In this document: piece by piece, positions 24,885-35,914 of the stretch
Layout: every line of letters starts with the position of its first letter
Position numbering within the stretch: position 1 is the first letter of the stretch
From: Bacteroides uniformis
GTDB taxonomy: Bacteria > Bacillota > Clostridia > Oscillospirales > Acutalibacteraceae
Direction: 5' to 3'
NCBI GenBank assembly: GCA_963611165.1
Contig: CAVDQG010000003.1
Span: forward strand, 17,827-81,826
DNA: 64,000 nucleotides
Translations under genes and position numbers: made by a program
The notes under the pieces: model-generated
The model's database searches: none
Told to the model about the DNA's origin: nothing
Seen by the model: only the letters and a program-made list of their open reading frames with translations

Positions 24885-26057
24885 TTATCCGCCGATAACC
24901 TCTTCAAAGATTTTGAGGCCTGCGTCTATTTCATCGTAGGAAATATTAAGCGGAGGGAGGAAACGGCATACATCACCCTTTGCGGTTAAGATGAGAAGTC
25001 CTTTCTCGATGCACTTCTCCATGATGGTGTGAGCGTCCATATCGCTCTTTACTTTGATGCCGAGGATAAGACCCTTGCCGCGAGTATAGCTGACATTCTT
25101 CATCTGGGAGAGCTTATCGACGAAGTAATCGCCCTTGCGTCTGACAGATGCGAGGAACTTTTCGTCGGAAACGGTTTTGACAATTTCTACTCCGCCTGCA
25201 CAAACAACGGGGTTGCCGCCGAAGGTTGAGCCGTTATCGCTCGGAACGAAAACATCCTTGTGCTTTTCAGATACCATGCATGCGCCGATCGGAAGTCCGC
25301 CTGCGAGTCCCTTTGCGCTTGTTGCAACGTCGGGGATGATATCGGCACTCTGATAGGAATAGAAGTATCCTGTTCTGCCGACGCCTGTCTGAACTTCGTC
25401 CATAATCATGAGAATGTCTTTATCGTCACAGAGCTTTCTGACAGCCTTGAGGTACTCGGTATCCATGGGGATAACTCCGCCCTCACCTTGAACGCCCTCG
25501 AGCATGACGGCGCAGACATCGTCTGTTATAGCGTCCTCGAGTGCCTTAATGTCGTTTGCTCCGACATAGATGAAGCCCTCGGTGAGCGGTAAAAAGGTCT
25601 TGTGGAACACATCCTGACCTGTTGCGGCAAGTGTGGTAAGAGTTCTGCCGTGGAAAGAGTTTACGAGTGTGATAATCTTATAAGCGCCCTTGGCACTTCC
25701 GACCTTACGTGCAACCTTGATGGCGCACTCGTTTGCTTCAGCACCTGAGTTGCAGAAGAAAACTCTCGACATTCCCGATGCTTTGCAGAGCTTTTCGGCA
25801 AGCTCGGTGCAGTTGTCGTTTATGTAATAGTTGCAGACATGCTGAACCTTGGAAAGCTGGTTTGTGACAGCCTGAACCCAGTTATCGGGGCAGTAGCCGA
25901 GAACATTAACACCGATGCCCGCTGTGAAATCTATGTATTTTTTGCCGTCGTAATCTTCAGCAATAGCGCCCTTGCCGCTTTTTATGGCAACGGGAGCACG
26001 ACCGTAGGCATGAAGAAGATATTCATCGTCCTGAGCCTTTAAATTATCGTATATCAT
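24885..26057 (-). CDS. argD: Acetylornithine aminotransferase
   Basis: 390-aa class-III PLP aminotransferase in arg operon context. Confidence 0.85.
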   Translation of the reverse strand: MIYDNLKAQDDEYLLHAYGRAPVAIKSGKGAIAEDYDGKKYIDFTAGIGVNVLGYCPDNWVQAVTNQLSKVQHVCNYYINDNCTELAEKLCKASGMSRVFFCNSGAEANECAIKVARKVGSAKGAYKIITLVNSFHGRTLTTLAATGQDVFHKTFLPLTEGFIYVGANDIKALEDAITDDVCAVMLEGVQGEGGVIPMDTEYLKAVRKLCDDKDILMIMDEVQTGVGRTGYFYSYQSADIIPDVATSAKGLAGGLPIGACMVSEKHKDVFVPSDNGSTFGGNPVVCAGGVEIVKTVSDEKFLASVRRKGDYFVDKLSQMKNVSYTRGKGLILGIKVKSDMDAHTIMEKCIEKGLLILTAKGDVCRFLPPLNISYDEIDAGLKIFEEVIGG

Positions 26058-26104
26058 TTTTATGTCCTTTCATCTGACGCAAATCAGAAAAGCTGTTTTA
26101 AAAA

Positions 26105-26962
26105 TTAATAGAACATTGTGCCGATACCTTCATCGGTGAAGAGCTCGATAAGAATGGAGTGAGGTTCTCTGCCGTCTATGATGTGAGCACGGTGAACACC
26201 GCCTCTTACGGCGTCAACACAGCAGTTGATTTTCGGAATCATACCGCCTGAGATGATACCTTCTTTTTTAAGCTTGGCAACGTCTGCGATTTTGACAACG
26301 GGGATGAGTGTGCTCTCATCGTCCTTGTCTCTGAGAAGTCCTCTTATATCGGTCATTAAGATAAGCTTGCTTGCACCGACCTTTTCGGCGATTTTAGCGG
26401 CTGCGACGTCGGCGTTGATGTTGAACATCTCGCCGTGGTAGCCTGTTGCAATTGTTGAGACAACGGGGATATAGCCCATGTCTGCGTTGACCTTGAGAAC
26501 ATCGGTGTTAACTTCTCTTATCTCGCCGACAAAGCCCAAATCATCAGAAAGCTTGTCTGCCTTGAGGAGAGATCCGTCCGTTCCGCAAAGTCCGACTGCC
26601 TTGCCGCCGTTGGACTCGATGAGCTGAACGAGGTCTTTGTTGACCTTGCCTGCAAGAACCTGCTGGACGATGTCCATGGTCTCCTGGTCGGTGTATCTCA
26701 TTCCGTTGACGAATTTTGATTCCTTGTTGATTTTTTTGAGCATGGAGTTAATCTCGGGGCCACCGCCGTGAACCAAAATTACATTGATTCCGACTGTCTG
26801 CATAAGGATTATATCCTTGATGACGGCGTCCTTGAGTTCCTCGTTAATCATAGCGTTTCCGCCGTATTTAACTACGATGGTTTCGCCTGTATATTTCTTG
26901 ATGTAGGGAAGAGCCTGAACCAGAATGTGAGCTCTGTCCGAATTTGTGATGCTTGAATTCAT
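26105..26962 (-). CDS. argB: Acetylglutamate kinase
   Basis: 285 aa with VVKYGGNAM and VHGGGPEI motifs. Confidence 0.9.
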   Translation of the reverse strand: MNSSITNSDRAHILVQALPYIKKYTGETIVVKYGGNAMINEELKDAVIKDIILMQTVGINVILVHGGGPEINSMLKKINKESKFVNGMRYTDQETMDIVQQVLAGKVNKDLVQLIESNGGKAVGLCGTDGSLLKADKLSDDLGFVGEIREVNTDVLKVNADMGYIPVVSTIATGYHGEMFNINADVAAAKIAEKVGASKLILMTDIRGLLRDKDDESTLIPVVKIADVAKLKKEGIISGGMIPKINCCVDAVRGGVHRAHIIDGREPHSILIELFTDEGIGTMFY

Positions 26963-26988
26963 TTTTACCCTCGCCGATTCTCAGCTTT

Positions 26989-28212
26989 TTAGCTTCTGTA
27001 TTCTCCGTTTATCTTGACGTAATCGTATGTGAGGTCACAGCCGAATGCTGTTGCCTCTTCATTTCCTTCGTGCATATCGACATAAACGGTGACTTCGTCC
27101 TCTTTCATGATTTTGAGTGCATAGTCCTCGTCAAAATCAAGCGGAACACCGTGGTCGAATACCTCGAGTCTGCCAGCCTTGCTCTCGTAGAAGAGCTCGA
27201 CATCCTCTTGATTAAACTGTGCGCCTGAATAACCCATAGCGCAGAGGAATCTGCCGAAGTTTGCGTCACAGCCGAAAATAGCCGCTTTGGAGAGGTTTGA
27301 GCCTACAATGCTTCTTGCAAGAGTTCTTGCGTCGTCCTTTGTCTTTGCGTTCACTACGTGAGCTTCGAAAAGCTTGGTTGCGCCCTCGCCGTCGCTTGCC
27401 ATTCTTCTTGCAAGGTAGCGGCAAACAGTGAAAAGTGCCTCGTAGAACTTATCGTAGCTCTCGCCCTCAGAGACTATCTCCTCGTTCTCCGCCAAGCCGT
27501 TAGCCATGAAGAGAAGAGTATCGTTAGTCGAAGTGTCACCGTCAACTGTAATCATATTGAAGGTGTCCTTGATGACAGCGGAAAGAGCCTTCTGAGCCAT
27601 TTCCTTGCTGATGGCAACGTCACTTGTGAGGAAGCCGAGCATGGTGCACATATTGGGGTGAATCATACCCGAGCCTTTGCTCATGCCGCCGAGGGTTACC
27701 TTTTTGCCGTCAAGCTCGAATGTAACCGCATACTCCTTGTTGACGGTATCTGTTGTCATGATTGCGTGAGAAGCGGCTGTGCCTGATTCAATCGAGCTGT
27801 CGAGCGTCTTTGACATCATGTTGACGCCGTTCACGAGTTTTTCTACGGGGAGCTGCATACCGATAACACCCGTTGATGCAACGGCAACGCCTGAATAAGG
27901 AACGCCGAGAGCGTTTTCAACCGCTTTAGCGGTTGCTTCACAGGCATCGAAGCCCTCTTTGCCCGTGCAGGCGTTAGCGATACCGGAGTTTACGACTACT
28001 GCGTGCATGGGCTCGCCTGATTTTACAATCTGCATATCCCACTGAACGCAAGCCGCCTTGACTACGTTTGAAGTGAATGTTCCTGCGCTTACGCACGGCT
28101 TTTCGGAATAAACCATAGCCATGTCGGTTCTGCCGACATATTTTATATTTGCCTCACAGCTTGAAGCCGAGAAGCCCGATGCGGCTGTTACGCCGCCTTT
28201 GATAATTTCCAT
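26989..28212 (-). CDS. argJ: Bifunctional glutamate N-acetyltransferase / amino-acid acetyltransferase
   Basis: 407 aa with the autoprocessing-site region (HPNMCTMLGF). Confidence 0.9.
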   Translation of the reverse strand: MEIIKGGVTAASGFSASSCEANIKYVGRTDMAMVYSEKPCVSAGTFTSNVVKAACVQWDMQIVKSGEPMHAVVVNSGIANACTGKEGFDACEATAKAVENALGVPYSGVAVASTGVIGMQLPVEKLVNGVNMMSKTLDSSIESGTAASHAIMTTDTVNKEYAVTFELDGKKVTLGGMSKGSGMIHPNMCTMLGFLTSDVAISKEMAQKALSAVIKDTFNMITVDGDTSTNDTLLFMANGLAENEEIVSEGESYDKFYEALFTVCRYLARRMASDGEGATKLFEAHVVNAKTKDDARTLARSIVGSNLSKAAIFGCDANFGRFLCAMGYSGAQFNQEDVELFYESKAGRLEVFDHGVPLDFDEDYALKIMKEDEVTVYVDMHEGNEEATAFGCDLTYDYVKINGEYRS

Positions 28213-28244
28213 TTTAAACCCTCTTTTTTATTAACGAAGCTGAA

Positions 28245-29285
28245 TCAGAATGCCGGCGGAACAAAATCAAGACCTGTCTTTTCGTCAAGACCGAAGATTA
28301 TGTTCATGTTCTGCACAGCCTGACCTGCCGCACCCTTGACCATGTTGTCGATTGCGCTGATTGCAATGAAAAGGTGGTTTTCCCAGTCGAAGAAGAGGGA
28401 AACATCACAGCAGTTTGTGTACTTTATATTGTGAATATCGGCACACTTTCCCTTTGGGAGAAGTCTGACGAAGAACTCGTTGTCATAAGCCTCATGATAT
28501 GCATTCCAGAACATTTCCTCGGTTACGTTCTCGTTCATCTTTGCATAGCATGTGGCGAGAATGCCTCGGTTGACGGGGAGCAGATGGGGGACGAATGTAA
28601 CTTTAACGTCTTCTCCTGTGACCTTGGAGAGAGTCTGATTAATCTCGGGGCCGTGGCGGTGGTTTGCAACCTTGTAAGCATAGAAGCCCTCGTTGAGGTC
28701 AGGGTAATGGTTGCTCTGAGTCGGCTTTCTGCCTGCGCCCGTGACGCCAGATTTGCAGTCGGCTATGATTCCCTCACTGCTTATAAGTCCTGCCTTAAGA
28801 GCCGGAACAAGGGCAAGCGGAACTGCCGTTGTGTAACAGCCGGGGTTTGCAACGATGGATTTTCCCTTGATGTACTCTCTGAAAAGCTCGGGAAGACCGT
28901 AAACAGCCTTTTCGTGAAGAGTTTTATCGGTAAAGCTTGGGCCGTACCATTTTTTGTAGACCTCTTCGTCCTTGAGACGGAAGTCTGCGCCGAAATCTAT
29001 GAATTTCTTTCCTGCCTTGTCGCATTTTTCGGCTAACTCCTGAGAAAGGCCGTGTGGAAGAGCGGCGAAAACAACATCACTCTTCTCGACAACCTCGTCT
29101 TCACCGACGAGAATATTATCAAGTCTTTCACGGTATGCGGGATAAACATCACTGAGAGCCTGACCCTCGAAGCTGACAGAGCTGACAGCGACAAGCTCGG
29201 CTTCGGGATGAGAATAGATTATTCTGCAAAGCTCTGCGCCTGCGTAGCCGGTAGCACCGACAACGCCAACTTTAATTTTAGACAT
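28245..29285 (-). CDS. argC: N-acetyl-gamma-glutamyl-phosphate reductase
   Basis: 346 aa with GATGYAG and the active-site region NPGCYTT. Confidence 0.9.
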   Translation of the reverse strand: MSKIKVGVVGATGYAGAELCRIIYSHPEAELVAVSSVSFEGQALSDVYPAYRERLDNILVGEDEVVEKSDVVFAALPHGLSQELAEKCDKAGKKFIDFGADFRLKDEEVYKKWYGPSFTDKTLHEKAVYGLPELFREYIKGKSIVANPGCYTTAVPLALVPALKAGLISSEGIIADCKSGVTGAGRKPTQSNHYPDLNEGFYAYKVANHRHGPEINQTLSKVTGEDVKVTFVPHLLPVNRGILATCYAKMNENVTEEMFWNAYHEAYDNEFFVRLLPKGKCADIHNIKYTNCCDVSLFFDWENHLFIAISAIDNMVKGAAGQAVQNMNIIFGLDEKTGLDFVPPAF

Positions 29286-29332
29286 TCTTCTTTCTCCTCT
29301 ATATACGAAAGTGTGTTTCTTACAGTTTGAAA

Positions 29333-30709
29333 TTAATCGTTTACAAGGGACTTAACTCTCTTTGCCTGAGCGACAACATTGCTCGGAGCGGGGCCGCCGA
29401 GAACGGTTCTGTCGTTTACGCACTTTTCAAGATTGATAGCCGTGTAAACACCGTCGTCAAACTCGGGGCAAATCTTCTTGTATTCTTCAAGCGGAAGCTC
29501 CTCGAGAGTAGTGCCCTTTTCGATGCAAAGAGCGACAAGCTCGCCTGTGATTTTGTAAGCGTCTCTGAAAGGTACGCCCTTATTTGCTACGAGGTAATCT
29601 GCACAGTCGGTAGCGTTGATAAATCCGCCTGCAGCCGCTTTTCTCATGTTAGCCTTGATGACGGTCATTGTTTTGACCATTGGGATGAGCGGAGTGAGGC
29701 AAAGCTTGAGAGTATCGACTGCATCGAACACAGCCTCCTTGTCCTCCTGCATATCTTTGTTGTATGCGAGCGGAAGTCCTTTCATCATGGTGAGAAGTCC
29801 CATCAAATCGCCGAAAACTCTGCCGCTCTTTCCACGGATGAGCTCTGCAAGATCGGGATTTTTCTTCTGCGGCATGATGCTTGAGCCTGTTGAGAACGCA
29901 TCGTCAAGCTCGATAAACTTGAATTCCCATGAGCACCAGAGAACAAGCTCCTCACAGAAACGGGAAAGGTGAACCATGGTGAGCGATGATGCAAATGCAA
30001 GCTCTGCACAGAAATCTCTGTCGGAAACACCGTCAAGGCTGTTCTGAGTTGGACCCTTGAAGCCGAGAAGCGATGCGGTGAGCTCTCTGTCGAGCGGATA
30101 GGTTGTTCCTGCAAGTGCGCCTGAGCCGAGGGGACAATAGTCCATTCTGTCCTTGGCGTCCTTGAAGCGGTCGATGTCACGAAGAAGCATCTCGCAGTAA
30201 GCAAGAAGGTGGTGACCGAAGGTTACGGGCTGTGCACGCTGCATATGAGTGTAGCCGGGCATTACGGTGTCGGAATATTCCTCCGCCTTGTCGGCAAGCA
30301 TGGAAACAAGCTCTTTAAGCTGAGATACGATTGTATCGATTTCAGGCTTTAATGTGAGACGAATGTCAAGCGCAACCTGATCGTTTCTCGATCTTGCGGT
30401 GTGAAGTCTCTTGCCTGTCTGACCGATTCTTGCGGTGAGCTCACCCTCGATAAAGGTATGGATGTCCTCGGCGTCGGGGTCTATGGTGAGAGCACCGCTT
30501 ATGATGTCCTCTCTTATCTTTTTGAGCTCGGCGACTATTTTTTCGCTCTCGGACTCCTCAATTATGCCCTGCTTTCCGAGCATGGTTGCGTGGGCAATAC
30601 TGCCCTCTATGTCCTCCTTGAACATTCTTGAGTCGAATGCTATTGAGGAATTAAAATCGTTAGTTTCGGGTGCGGCTTCCTTTGAGAAGCGACCTTTCCA
30701 AAGCTTCAT
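29333..30709 (-). CDS. argH: Argininosuccinate lyase
   Basis: 458 aa with the fumarate-lyase signature GSSIMPQKKNPD. Confidence 0.9.
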   Translation of the reverse strand: MKLWKGRFSKEAAPETNDFNSSIAFDSRMFKEDIEGSIAHATMLGKQGIIEESESEKIVAELKKIREDIISGALTIDPDAEDIHTFIEGELTARIGQTGKRLHTARSRNDQVALDIRLTLKPEIDTIVSQLKELVSMLADKAEEYSDTVMPGYTHMQRAQPVTFGHHLLAYCEMLLRDIDRFKDAKDRMDYCPLGSGALAGTTYPLDRELTASLLGFKGPTQNSLDGVSDRDFCAELAFASSLTMVHLSRFCEELVLWCSWEFKFIELDDAFSTGSSIMPQKKNPDLAELIRGKSGRVFGDLMGLLTMMKGLPLAYNKDMQEDKEAVFDAVDTLKLCLTPLIPMVKTMTVIKANMRKAAAGGFINATDCADYLVANKGVPFRDAYKITGELVALCIEKGTTLEELPLEEYKKICPEFDDGVYTAINLEKCVNDRTVLGGPAPSNVVAQAKRVKSLVND

Positions 30710-30768
30710 GCGGTTCTCCTTGCTGTATGGTAGTTTGATTGATTAAATTCTGACAATATTAAAATGAA

Positions 30769-30798
30769 TGACGGGCATACGATGAAATATGCCCGTCA
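30769..30798 (-). terminator. Perfect 11-bp hairpin between argG and argH (intra-operon attenuator/terminator)
   Basis: tgacgggcata-cgatgaaa-tatgcccgtca, with a partial T-run on the minus strand. Confidence 0.45.
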
Positions 30799-30816
30799 AT
30801 AAGTTCTTTTTAGGAA

Positions 30817-32049
30817 TTATTCCTTTATAAGGCCCTTCTTGCCGGCAACCTTTACCGGGAGACCGAAGAGGTTGATGAATCCTGCGGAATCAGCCTGATT
30901 GTAAACATCATCCTCGTCGAATGTTGCGATTTCCTCGTCGTAGAGTGAGTACGGGCTTGTTACGCCTGCATCAATGATGTTGCCCTTGTAGAGCTTGAGC
31001 TTAACATCACCTGTAACTGTCTCCTGAGTTGAGTTAACAAAAGCTGTGAGTGCGCTTCTGAGCGGTGTGAACCACTGTCCGAAGTAGACAAGCTCTGCAA
31101 ACTTCAAGCCGACCTGCTGCTTGTAGTGGAATGTGTCTCTGTCAAGGCAGATCTCCTCAAGCTTGTTGTGTGCGTGATAGAGGATTGTTCCGCCGGGAGT
31201 CTCGTAAACGCCACGGCTCTTCATGCCGACAAGTCTGTTCTCAACGATGTCTGCAAGACCGATGCCGTTCTTTCCGCCGAGCTCGTTAAGCTTTGTGACC
31301 ATATCCTTGCCGCCAAGCTTCTCGCCGTTGAGCTCTGTCGGAATGCCCTTCTCAAAGTGAAGAGTGATGTATGTCGGCTCATCGGGAGCGTCAATCGGAG
31401 AAACTCCGAGCTCGAGGAAGCCGGGCTTCTCATACTGCGGCTCGTTTGCCGGATCCTCAAGGTCGAGACCCTCGTGGGAAAGATGCCAGAGGTTCTTATC
31501 CTTGGAGTAGTTTGTCTCACGGTTTATCTTAAGCGGAATGTTGTGAGCCTCAGCGTACTCAATCTCCTCCTCACGGGACTTGATTGACCACTCACGCCAA
31601 GGAGCGATGATTGTCATATCAGGAGCGAATGCCTTGATTGTGAGCTCGAAACGAACCTGGTCGTTGCCCTTACCTGTGCATCCGTGGCAGATTGCGTCTG
31701 CACCCTCTTTGAGAGCGATGTCAACAATCTTCTTTGCGATAATCGGACGAGCAAAGCTTGTGCCGAGAAGATACTTGTTCTCGTAAACTGCGCCGGCCTG
31801 AACTGTCGGATAAACGTAATCTGTGATGAACTCCTCTGTGAGGTCGAGAATATAGAGCTTGGAAGCGCCTGTCTTAAGGGCCTTCTCCTCGAGACCGTCA
31901 AGCTCGGTGCCCTGTCCTACGTCACCGGAAACAGCGATAACCTCGCAGTTGTTATAGTTTTCCTTGAGCCAAGGAATGATGATTGATGTATCAAGTCCTC
32001 CGGAATAAGCGAGGACAACCTTTTTGATGTCTTTCTTTGACTTAGCCAT
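30817..32049 (-). CDS. argG: Argininosuccinate synthase
   Basis: 410 aa with AYSGGLDTS and [12 protein letters not shown]. Confidence 0.9.
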   Translation of the reverse strand: MAKSKKDIKKVVLAYSGGLDTSIIIPWLKENYNNCEVIAVSGDVGQGTELDGLEEKALKTGASKLYILDLTEEFITDYVYPTVQAGAVYENKYLLGTSFARPIIAKKIVDIALKEGADAICHGCTGKGNDQVRFELTIKAFAPDMTIIAPWREWSIKSREEEIEYAEAHNIPLKINRETNYSKDKNLWHLSHEGLDLEDPANEPQYEKPGFLELGVSPIDAPDEPTYITLHFEKGIPTELNGEKLGGKDMVTKLNELGGKNGIGLADIVENRLVGMKSRGVYETPGGTILYHAHNKLEEICLDRDTFHYKQQVGLKFAELVYFGQWFTPLRSALTAFVNSTQETVTGDVKLKLYKGNIIDAGVTSPYSLYDEEIATFDEDDVYNQADSAGFINLFGLPVKVAGKKGLIKE

Positions 32050-32208
32050 GATATTCTTCCTTCCTTCGGCTAAAGCGGTGAAGCTTTCTCCGAACAGCGA
32101 TCACAACAGACCGTTGTATTTAAATTTAAATAAATTACTTTTTTAAGTAGCCGTTGTTTCCGACCACAATGATTATTATACACGGGATTTATAAAAAATC
32201 AAGACCTA

Positions 32209-32275
32209 ATTTGAATATTTATACAGAAATTTATGAATAAAACGGTGAATATTCACGGAATTTATGCATATTCTG
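32209..32275. promoter_or_regulatory. Cluster of ARG-box-like half sites (candidate ArgR/AhrC operator) upstream of argG
   Basis: TGAAT occurs at 32212, 32233 and 32246. There is a perfect palindrome GTGAATATTCAC (32245-32256). TTTGAATATTTATACA resembles the TGAAT-W4-ATTCA consensus. A TTGATT/TGnTATAAT promoter lies on the minus strand just downstream (~32176-32204). Confidence 0.45.
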
Positions 32276-32301
32276 CCTTCTGAGGGTGATTTCTGCGGAA
32301 A

Positions 32302-33897
32302 TCAAAGTTCGATTGCATTCACTGCGGCTTTTTCTGCCTCGAGAAGCTTTGAGTAGGACTTGATGTATTTGTCAAAGCCTTCTTTTCCCTCATTGTCCGG
32401 AGCAATGACCGAGCACTCACTCTTTGCGAAAACCTTATTTTCGAGGAATTTCTCGAGGGTTTCGCCTTCGTCTTTATTTATGAGATAGCTTGCAAGAAGA
32501 GCCATGCCCCAGGGGCCGCCCTCGCCTGCTGTCTCCATTACAGAAACGGGGATGCCCAGAGCATTTGCCATAACGCTCTGACCTACGCCCTTTGCCTTGA
32601 AGAAACCGCCGTGACCGTAGAATTTATCCATAGTGACGCCCTCGTCCTCAAAGAGAATGTCGTTGCCGATTTTAAGAGCGGCGCATGCTGAATAGAGAAG
32701 TGATCTCGAGAGATTTTGGAATGAGAACTCCGATTCGGGACTTCTCGCAAGAAGCGGTCTGCCCTCGCTTAATCCCGTGACGGGCTCGCCTGAGAAATAT
32801 CCTATGCTGACGATATTATCGCAGTCGGGCTTGCCCTTTGCGGCTGCGGCAAAGATTGCCGAAAGAGCGTCATAGTAGCTCAGCTTAAAGCCGAATCCTT
32901 CGGCGGCTGAAACAAACATTTTCGCATAAGCGTTTATATCGGACGTGCAGTTGTTGACATGAACCATGGCGCACGGCTTGCCTGTCGGCGTTGTTACCAT
33001 GTCGATTTCGGGATGAACCTTTTTAAGCGGCTTTTCTATAACGCTCATCGAAAAAACCGATGTGCCTGCCGAAACATTTCCTGTTCTCACTGCTACGCTG
33101 TTGGTTGCGGTCATGCCCGTGCCCGCATCGCCCTCGGGCGGAGCGACGGGACAGCCTGCCTCAAGTTCGCCAGTCGGGTCGAGATAGAGTGCGCCTTCTT
33201 TTGTGAGCACGCCTGCGTTTTCGCCTGCCGTGAGAACCTTGGGCAGAATGTCGAAAAGCTTATATTCCATGCCGTTATCTGCGAGAATGCCGTCAAAAAT
33301 CTCTGCCATGTGTTTATCATAATCGTTTATTGCGGAGTCAATGGGGAACATTCCCGATGCGTCACCGATGCCGAGAACCTTTTCGCCCGTCAAGACCATA
33401 TGAACATAGCCCGCAAGGGTGGTCATAAACGCAATGTCCTTTGCGAACGGCTCTTGGTCAAGAATAACCTGATAGAGGTGGGAGATACTCCAGCGAAGCG
33501 GAATGTTAAAGTTGAATTTCTCCGTCAAAATTGCGGCGGCTTCGCCCGTGTTAGTGTTTCTCCATGTGCGGAATTCTCCGAGCTGAGCACCGTTTTTGTC
33601 AAACGCAAGGAAACCGTGCATCATGGCAGAAAAGCCCATTGCACTGATTTTTGTAAGCTTGATGCCGTATTTTTTCGAAACATCCTTTTTGAGATCGGCA
33701 AAAGCGTCCTGAATGCCGCTTTTAACTTCTTCGAGAGAATATGTCCAGAGGTTATTTTTGAGTAAATTTTCCCACTCGTGACTGCCTGAGGCAACGGGGG
33801 AGAAGTCCTCGCCGATGAGGACAGCCTTTATTCTTGTGGAGCCGAGCTCAATGCCCAAAACGGCTTTGCCGCTTTCGATATAATCATTGATTGACAT
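32302..33897 (-). CDS. FGGY-family carbohydrate kinase (xylulokinase/ribulokinase-like)
   Basis: 531 aa with the N-terminal ATPase motif LGIELGSTRIKAVL. Substrate is not assignable. Confidence 0.6.
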   Translation of the reverse strand: MSINDYIESGKAVLGIELGSTRIKAVLIGEDFSPVASGSHEWENLLKNNLWTYSLEEVKSGIQDAFADLKKDVSKKYGIKLTKISAMGFSAMMHGFLAFDKNGAQLGEFRTWRNTNTGEAAAILTEKFNFNIPLRWSISHLYQVILDQEPFAKDIAFMTTLAGYVHMVLTGEKVLGIGDASGMFPIDSAINDYDKHMAEIFDGILADNGMEYKLFDILPKVLTAGENAGVLTKEGALYLDPTGELEAGCPVAPPEGDAGTGMTATNSVAVRTGNVSAGTSVFSMSVIEKPLKKVHPEIDMVTTPTGKPCAMVHVNNCTSDINAYAKMFVSAAEGFGFKLSYYDALSAIFAAAAKGKPDCDNIVSIGYFSGEPVTGLSEGRPLLARSPESEFSFQNLSRSLLYSACAALKIGNDILFEDEGVTMDKFYGHGGFFKAKGVGQSVMANALGIPVSVMETAGEGGPWGMALLASYLINKDEGETLEKFLENKVFAKSECSVIAPDNEGKEGFDKYIKSYSKLLEAEKAAVNAIEL

Positions 33898-34082
33898 TTT
33901 ATCACACCTTTTTAAACATAATTGATATGCTAATATTAAAACAAACGGGCAATGTTTTCAAGCGTGAACTTAGCGCACGCATATTACTTTTTTATTGATA
34001 TAATCTCAGATTTATGTTATAAAATAGAGTAATATTTATTTAAAACAGAATTAATTATTTATAGAATTTAAAGGAAATACAA

Positions 34083-35888
34083 ATGGATCAGAGTAAAATC
34101 AGAAATTTCAGCATTATAGCTCATATAGACCACGGAAAGAGCACTCTTGCCGACCGTATTCTCGAGCAGACAAAGTCGGTTGCACTTCGTGACATGGAAG
34201 ATCAGCTTCTCGACAACATGGATCTCGAGAGGGAGAGAGGAATCACAATCAAGGCTCATGCCGTCACGCTCAACTACACGGCAAAGGACGGCGAGGAATA
34301 TGTCTTCAATCTGATTGATACCCCCGGCCATGTCGACTTCAACTATGAGGTTTCCCGTTCGCTTGCCGCATGTGAGGGAGCTGTTCTGGTTGTTGACGCA
34401 TCTCAGGGCATTGAGGCTCAGACCCTTGCGAACACCTACCTTGCGGTTGACGCAGGACTTGAGGTTATTCCGGTTCTCAACAAGATTGACCTTCCCAGTG
34501 CCGACCCCGACAGAGTGGCAAACGAGATTGAGGATGTTATCGGACTTCCTGCCGACGACGCACCGAGAATAAGTGCAAAGACGGGACTTAACATAGATCA
34601 GGTCATGGAGAAAATCGTCTCCGATTGTCCGCCTCCTGTCGGCGATGTGAACGCACCGCTTCAGGCACTCATTTTCGATTCCTATTACGATGCATACAAG
34701 GGCGTTATCGCTTATGTCAGAATAAAAGAGGGAACCGTACGCACGGGCGACGTCATTAAGATGATGGCTGTCGGCTCGGAGTTTACCGTCACCGAATGCG
34801 GATATTTAAGAGCGACAAGCTTCGATCCTGTCGGAACTCTTGAAGCCGGCGAGGTTGGCTACATTGCCGCTTCTATCAAAAATGTCCGTGATGCACGAGT
34901 CGGTGATACTATCACTCATGTCGAGCGTCCTGCTGCCGAGGCACTTCCCGGATACCGCTCTGTTCAGCCGATGGTTTTCTGCGGAATTTATCCTGCAGAC
35001 GGCGCACACTATGCCGACCTTCGTGAGGCACTCGAGAAGCTTCAGCTAAACGACGCTTCGCTCACATTCGAGCCCGAGACCTCCATTGCGCTTGGATTCG
35101 GCTTTAGATGCGGTTTCTTGGGACTTCTTCACACGGAGATTATTCAGGAGAGACTCGAGAGAGAATTTAACCTTGACCTCATCACGACCGCACCGAGCGT
35201 TGTTTACAGAATAACAAAGACGGACGGTGAGGTAATGCTTATTGATAACCCGACCAATTACCCCGACCCGAGCAACATCAAGGAGGCTGAAGAGCCGATT
35301 GCAAACGCTCATATCTATTCGCCGACGGAGTATGTCGGAAACATCATGGAGCTTTGCCAGGACAGACGAGGCGTATTTAAGGATATGAGTTATATCGATA
35401 CCGACCGAGTTGATATTCACTATGAATTGCCGCTCAACGAGATTATCTACGATTTCTTCGATGCGCTCAAATCGAGAACAAGGGGTTACGCAAGCTTTGA
35501 CTACGAAGTTAAGGGCTACCAGAAGTCGAGCCTTGTAAAGCTTGACATCATGCTCAACGGCGAGGTTGTCGACGCACTTTCGTTCATCATTCACTCGGAT
35601 AAGGCATATTCCCGTGCGAGAAGAATGTGCGAAAAGCTGAAGGAGAAAATTCCGCGTCATCTCTTTGAAATTCCTGTTCAGGCTTGCATAGGCGGTAAGA
35701 TTATCGCACGAGAGACAGTCAAGGCAATGAGAAAAGACGTTCTTGCCAAGTGCTACGGCGGTGATATCACAAGAAAGAAAAAGCTTCTCGAAAAGCAGAA
35801 AGAAGGAAAGAAGCGTATGCGCCAGCTGGGTACGGTTGAAGTTCCGCAGGATGCGTTTATGGCTGTTCTTAAGCTTGACGAGGAATAA
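34083..35888 (+). CDS. lepA: Translation elongation factor 4
   Basis: 601 aa with [21 protein letters not shown] and the LepA C-terminal domain. Confidence 0.95.
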   Translation: MDQSKIRNFSIIAHIDHGKSTLADRILEQTKSVALRDMEDQLLDNMDLERERGITIKAHAVTLNYTAKDGEEYVFNLIDTPGHVDFNYEVSRSLAACEGAVLVVDASQGIEAQTLANTYLAVDAGLEVIPVLNKIDLPSADPDRVANEIEDVIGLPADDAPRISAKTGLNIDQVMEKIVSDCPPPVGDVNAPLQALIFDSYYDAYKGVIAYVRIKEGTVRTGDVIKMMAVGSEFTVTECGYLRATSFDPVGTLEAGEVGYIAASIKNVRDARVGDTITHVERPAAEALPGYRSVQPMVFCGIYPADGAHYADLREALEKLQLNDASLTFEPETSIALGFGFRCGFLGLLHTEIIQERLEREFNLDLITTAPSVVYRITKTDGEVMLIDNPTNYPDPSNIKEAEEPIANAHIYSPTEYVGNIMELCQDRRGVFKDMSYIDTDRVDIHYELPLNEIIYDFFDALKSRTRGYASFDYEVKGYQKSSLVKLDIMLNGEVVDALSFIIHSDKAYSRARRMCEKLKEKIPRHLFEIPVQACIGGKIIARETVKAMRKDVLAKCYGGDITRKKKLLEKQKEGKKRMRQLGTVEVPQDAFMAVLKLDEE

Positions 35889-35914
35889 AACTAAGATACA
35901 GAAACAAGACATTG

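Noticed and set aside
28374-29036. 220-aa plus-strand ORF.
   Set aside because: It is antisense to argC.
32959-33765. 268-aa plus-strand ORF.
   Set aside because: It is antisense to the FGGY kinase and has a Cys/Arg-rich shadow composition.
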